Assembly: GCA_051892935.1 (NCBI GenBank)
Contig: JBJFGS010000025.1
Coordinates: forward strand, 80,813 to 144,812
Origin: Candidatus Coprovivens sp.
Lineage (GTDB): Bacteria > Bacillota_I > Bacilli_A > RF39 > UBA660
Direction of reading: 5' to 3'
DNA: 64,000 nucleotides
Position 1 is the stretch's first letter; the number at the start of each line of letters is the position of its first letter. The position numbers and the translations under genes were made by a program. The notes beneath the pieces were generated by a model that was not told the origin of the DNA, made no database searches, and saw only the letters and a list, made by a program, of their open reading frames with translations. Shown in pieces: positions 61,658 through 64,000 of this stretch.

Positions 61658-62011
61658 ATGAAACTTTTAAAAGAATCAACAATCGAAATAAAAAAATCCA
61701 AATTCATTGGATTATGTTACGAAATAACATCAGTTGAAGAAGCAAAAGAAATAATAGAAAATTTAAAAAGAGAACATAAAAAAGCACGTCATATCCCATA
61801 CGCCTATAAAATCAATAATACTGCTAAAAAGACAGATGATAAAGAACCAACAAATACTGCAGGTTTACCAATATATAATATTTTAGAAAGAAAGAATCTT
61901 AATAATCATTTAATAGCTGTAATAAGATATTTCGGTGGAATAAAACTAGGTGCCGGAGGATTATTAAGAGCATATAGTGAAGCTGCAAACGAAGCAACTA
62001 AAAATTTATAA
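61658..62011 (+). CDS. YigZ/IMPACT-family (UPF0029) N-terminal-domain protein
   Basis: Matches the IMPACT N-domain pattern (KSKFIG, HIPYAYK, TNTAGLPIYNIL, RYFGGIKLGAGGLLRAY). Only 117 aa, with no C-terminal DUF1949 part. Confidence 0.65.
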   Translation: MKLLKESTIEIKKSKFIGLCYEITSVEEAKEIIENLKREHKKARHIPYAYKINNTAKKTDDKEPTNTAGLPIYNILERKNLNNHLIAVIRYFGGIKLGAGGLLRAYSEAANEATKNL

Positions 62012-62058
62012 AATAAAACAAAAGAAAAATACTATATCAATAATCGATATAGTATTTT

Positions 62059-62583
62059 TCATACCATTACGTCCCTTATGTCCTTTCTCGGTCTAGCCTT
62101 TGGGAACTGATCTGGTAGACCCACACCTACGCATGAAACAGTTTCATAAGGGACATTAAGAACCTCTTTAATTTCATTATTGATAAGGTTAGTATTACCT
62201 ATCCAGATAGTACCAAATCCCATATCCGTATACGCAAGAATCATATTTTCAATACAAGCACCAATAGAAATAATATCCATATCACGATTCTCAACCACTT
62301 CGTTATCGATAAAAACCATAATTAAATGGGGAACGTTCCGAATAATACCCGCGGTATGAGGACCGGTATGCCCGGGAATATTTCTAGTCTTGTTTTCTAA
62401 TAAATCGGCAATAGAACTTTTCTCCGATGCACTCAGTATTTTAAACTTCCAAGGTTGTCTATTGTGGGCACTTGGAGCTTTTATACCAGCAAGAATACCT
62501 TTCATCAAGGCTTCTTCATCTAATATGATACTCTTATATTTGCGTATACTCCTGCGAGATTCAATCACATCACTGAGTAACAT
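62059..62583 (-). CDS. nitroreductase-family protein
   Basis: Begins RRSIRKYKS...APSAHNRQPWKF. The local GC content is visibly higher than in flanking genes. Confidence 0.75.
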   Translation of the reverse strand: MLLSDVIESRRSIRKYKSIILDEEALMKGILAGIKAPSAHNRQPWKFKILSASEKSSIADLLENKTRNIPGHTGPHTAGIIRNVPHLIMVFIDNEVVENRDMDIISIGACIENMILAYTDMGFGTIWIGNTNLINNEIKEVLNVPYETVSCVGVGLPDQFPKARPRKDIRDVMV

Positions 62584-62686
62584 ATCCTATCACCTACATT
62601 TATTATAACATAACAAAATAATATTGCAATACTTTTTTTGAAAAAATAAAATATTAATAAAAAAACTCATATAAGAGTACTAAAAT

Positions 62687-62715
62687 TTGACATACCTACT
62701 CTATAATATTAAAAT
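62687..62715 (+). promoter_or_regulatory. sigma-A type promoter for the Fic gene
   Basis: TTGACA (62687-62692), a 17 nt spacer, TAAAAT (62710-62715). RBS AAGGGGG before the ATG at 62749. Confidence 0.5.
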
Positions 62716-62748
62716 ATGTAATATTAGAAAAAGGGGGTAATTTTTATT

Positions 62749-63966
62749 ATGGCAAAAACTATAAGAATCGCTGGAAAAAATTTTAACGCAAATTTCTTTT
62801 ATACTTACATGAGAAAAAACTTTGGTGAATCATTTGCACACAGTAGTCTTTCATTTGAAAAAGAATTCGAAGAAAGTAAAAAACTAGCTCAAAGGCTAAG
62901 TGAATTCATGTCTCAAAGTAATTGTGCTTATGCTACTAAATTAGAAAATGGTTCTAAAGAAGATTTAGAATTATTAAAAACAAGATACAGTGAAATAGCT
63001 ACAGTATTAGAAAAAATATATTCTGTACCAAAAGAAAGATATATCCTAGACGAAGATGAAGAAGATTATTCACTATGTATCGATGATTTCATACCATATT
63101 TTAAAGGAGCTGTAAGACCTTATCGTAATAAATACGAAATAGAACAAGCTCGCCTAGCAGGCAAATTAACTGATGCTCCATACGAAAATGAATCTCTAAT
63201 CGATAAAGTAAAAGAATTAGCAGACCTAGTAAGTTTAAAAGTTGCTGCTGATAAAAAAGCATATAATTTAAAAAAAGGAAATAACGAAGCATATGCTTAC
63301 GCTTTAGGTTTAAAATCAATAGGTATTCCGGAAATAATTGAAATAAATGCAAAAGTAAATAAAAATTCAGGAATTCATACTGGATTCAAAACAACAGACA
63401 ACGACATAATAAACGCTCCATTCAAGACATGTCCTAAAGAATTAGTTCCAATAAAAATGCAAGAGCTACTTCATAATTATAATTATGTTTGGGCGCAAGG
63501 CATCCCTCCATTTACTGAAGGTGTCGATGACGAAAAACAAAAAATTGCTCATTTAAGAGCTGTTTGTGATAGAGAAGCAAAATTCCATATTGCATTCGAA
63601 AGAATACATCCATTTGAAGATGGTAATGGTCGTACAGGAAGAATAATTCTAAACGCTCATTTAGTCGCAAACGAACTAGCTCCTGTTTTAATTACTCCAG
63701 AAATGCGTGAATTCTATATAGAATGTATAGATACAGACAACTATCAAGCTTTAAGTCAGCATATAATGTCAATATCAAGTGTATGCTTAACAGAAATGGT
63801 TTCACAATATCGTAGAACAAAAGGTATAGATCCAGATGAATTAAGAATTTCCGATGTTCAACAAAAAGGTCATCATACAGCAGTCAAAGTATACATACCT
63901 GAAACACAACAAGAAAAAACTGCTCAAGGCGACGAGGATGTTAAAATATATCGAATAAAAAGATAA
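62749..63966 (+). CDS. Fic-domain protein with a roughly 290 aa N-terminal extension
   Basis: Canonical Fic motif HPFEDGNGRTGR near residue 300 of 405. Terminator AAAGTGTTAG-aaaat-CTAACACTTT followed by a T-run at 63966-63997. Confidence 0.8.
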   Translation: MAKTIRIAGKNFNANFFYTYMRKNFGESFAHSSLSFEKEFEESKKLAQRLSEFMSQSNCAYATKLENGSKEDLELLKTRYSEIATVLEKIYSVPKERYILDEDEEDYSLCIDDFIPYFKGAVRPYRNKYEIEQARLAGKLTDAPYENESLIDKVKELADLVSLKVAADKKAYNLKKGNNEAYAYALGLKSIGIPEIIEINAKVNKNSGIHTGFKTTDNDIINAPFKTCPKELVPIKMQELLHNYNYVWAQGIPPFTEGVDDEKQKIAHLRAVCDREAKFHIAFERIHPFEDGNGRTGRIILNAHLVANELAPVLITPEMREFYIECIDTDNYQALSQHIMSISSVCLTEMVSQYRRTKGIDPDELRISDVQQKGHHTAVKVYIPETQQEKTAQGDEDVKIYRIKR

Positions 63967-64000
63967 AAGTGTTAGAAAATCTAACACTTTTTTATTTAAC

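Overview
This 64 kb window is a very AT-rich chromosome segment (roughly a quarter GC by eye) from what looks like a low-GC Firmicute of the Bacilli/Erysipelotrichia type. The standard genetic code is in use, because Trp is TGG in conserved genes such as gatA. Gene order matches the Bacillus neighbourhood spoVB-like flippase / comN-like / relA / dtd / hisS / aspS / [6S RNA] / yrvM(tcdA), and separately queA ... tgt.

Confident housekeeping calls are a U32 peptidase, mscL, zupT, a XerC/D-family recombinase, rarA, gpsA, tcdA, gatCAB, aspS, asnS, hisS (preceded by a T-box leader), dtd, relA, tgt, queA, uvrC, an LMW-PTP, a YigZ-like protein, a nitroreductase and a Fic-domain protein.

The backbone is interrupted by blocks that look accessory:
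- a decayed IS3-family (IS150-like) element;
- a 5-gene cluster built around a classical AAA ATPase (6.7-11.3 kb);
- a ~900 bp non-coding region containing four tandem degenerate ~70 bp hairpin units (13.1-13.4 kb);
- a 4-gene module sitting between aspS-gatCAB and the 6S/tcdA locus, made of a HerA/DUF87 ATPase, two large paralogous domain-less proteins and a small Cys/His-containing protein (20.8-27.9 kb);
- an orphan RnfC/RnfD-like pair;
- a LysM-GH25 hydrolase inserted between queA and tgt;
- a 2331-aa cytoplasmic giant protein with a kinase-like catalytic-loop signature near its C-terminus, translationally coupled to a small acidic ORF.

The HerA module is the best candidate for an undescribed system, most plausibly an anti-phage defence module. 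No tRNA, rRNA or CRISPR array is present. Several track ORF starts were re-assigned from TTG/GTG to internal ATGs that have Shine-Dalgarno sites, and four small ORFs missing from the track are proposed. All coordinates refined by hand may be off by a few nucleotides.
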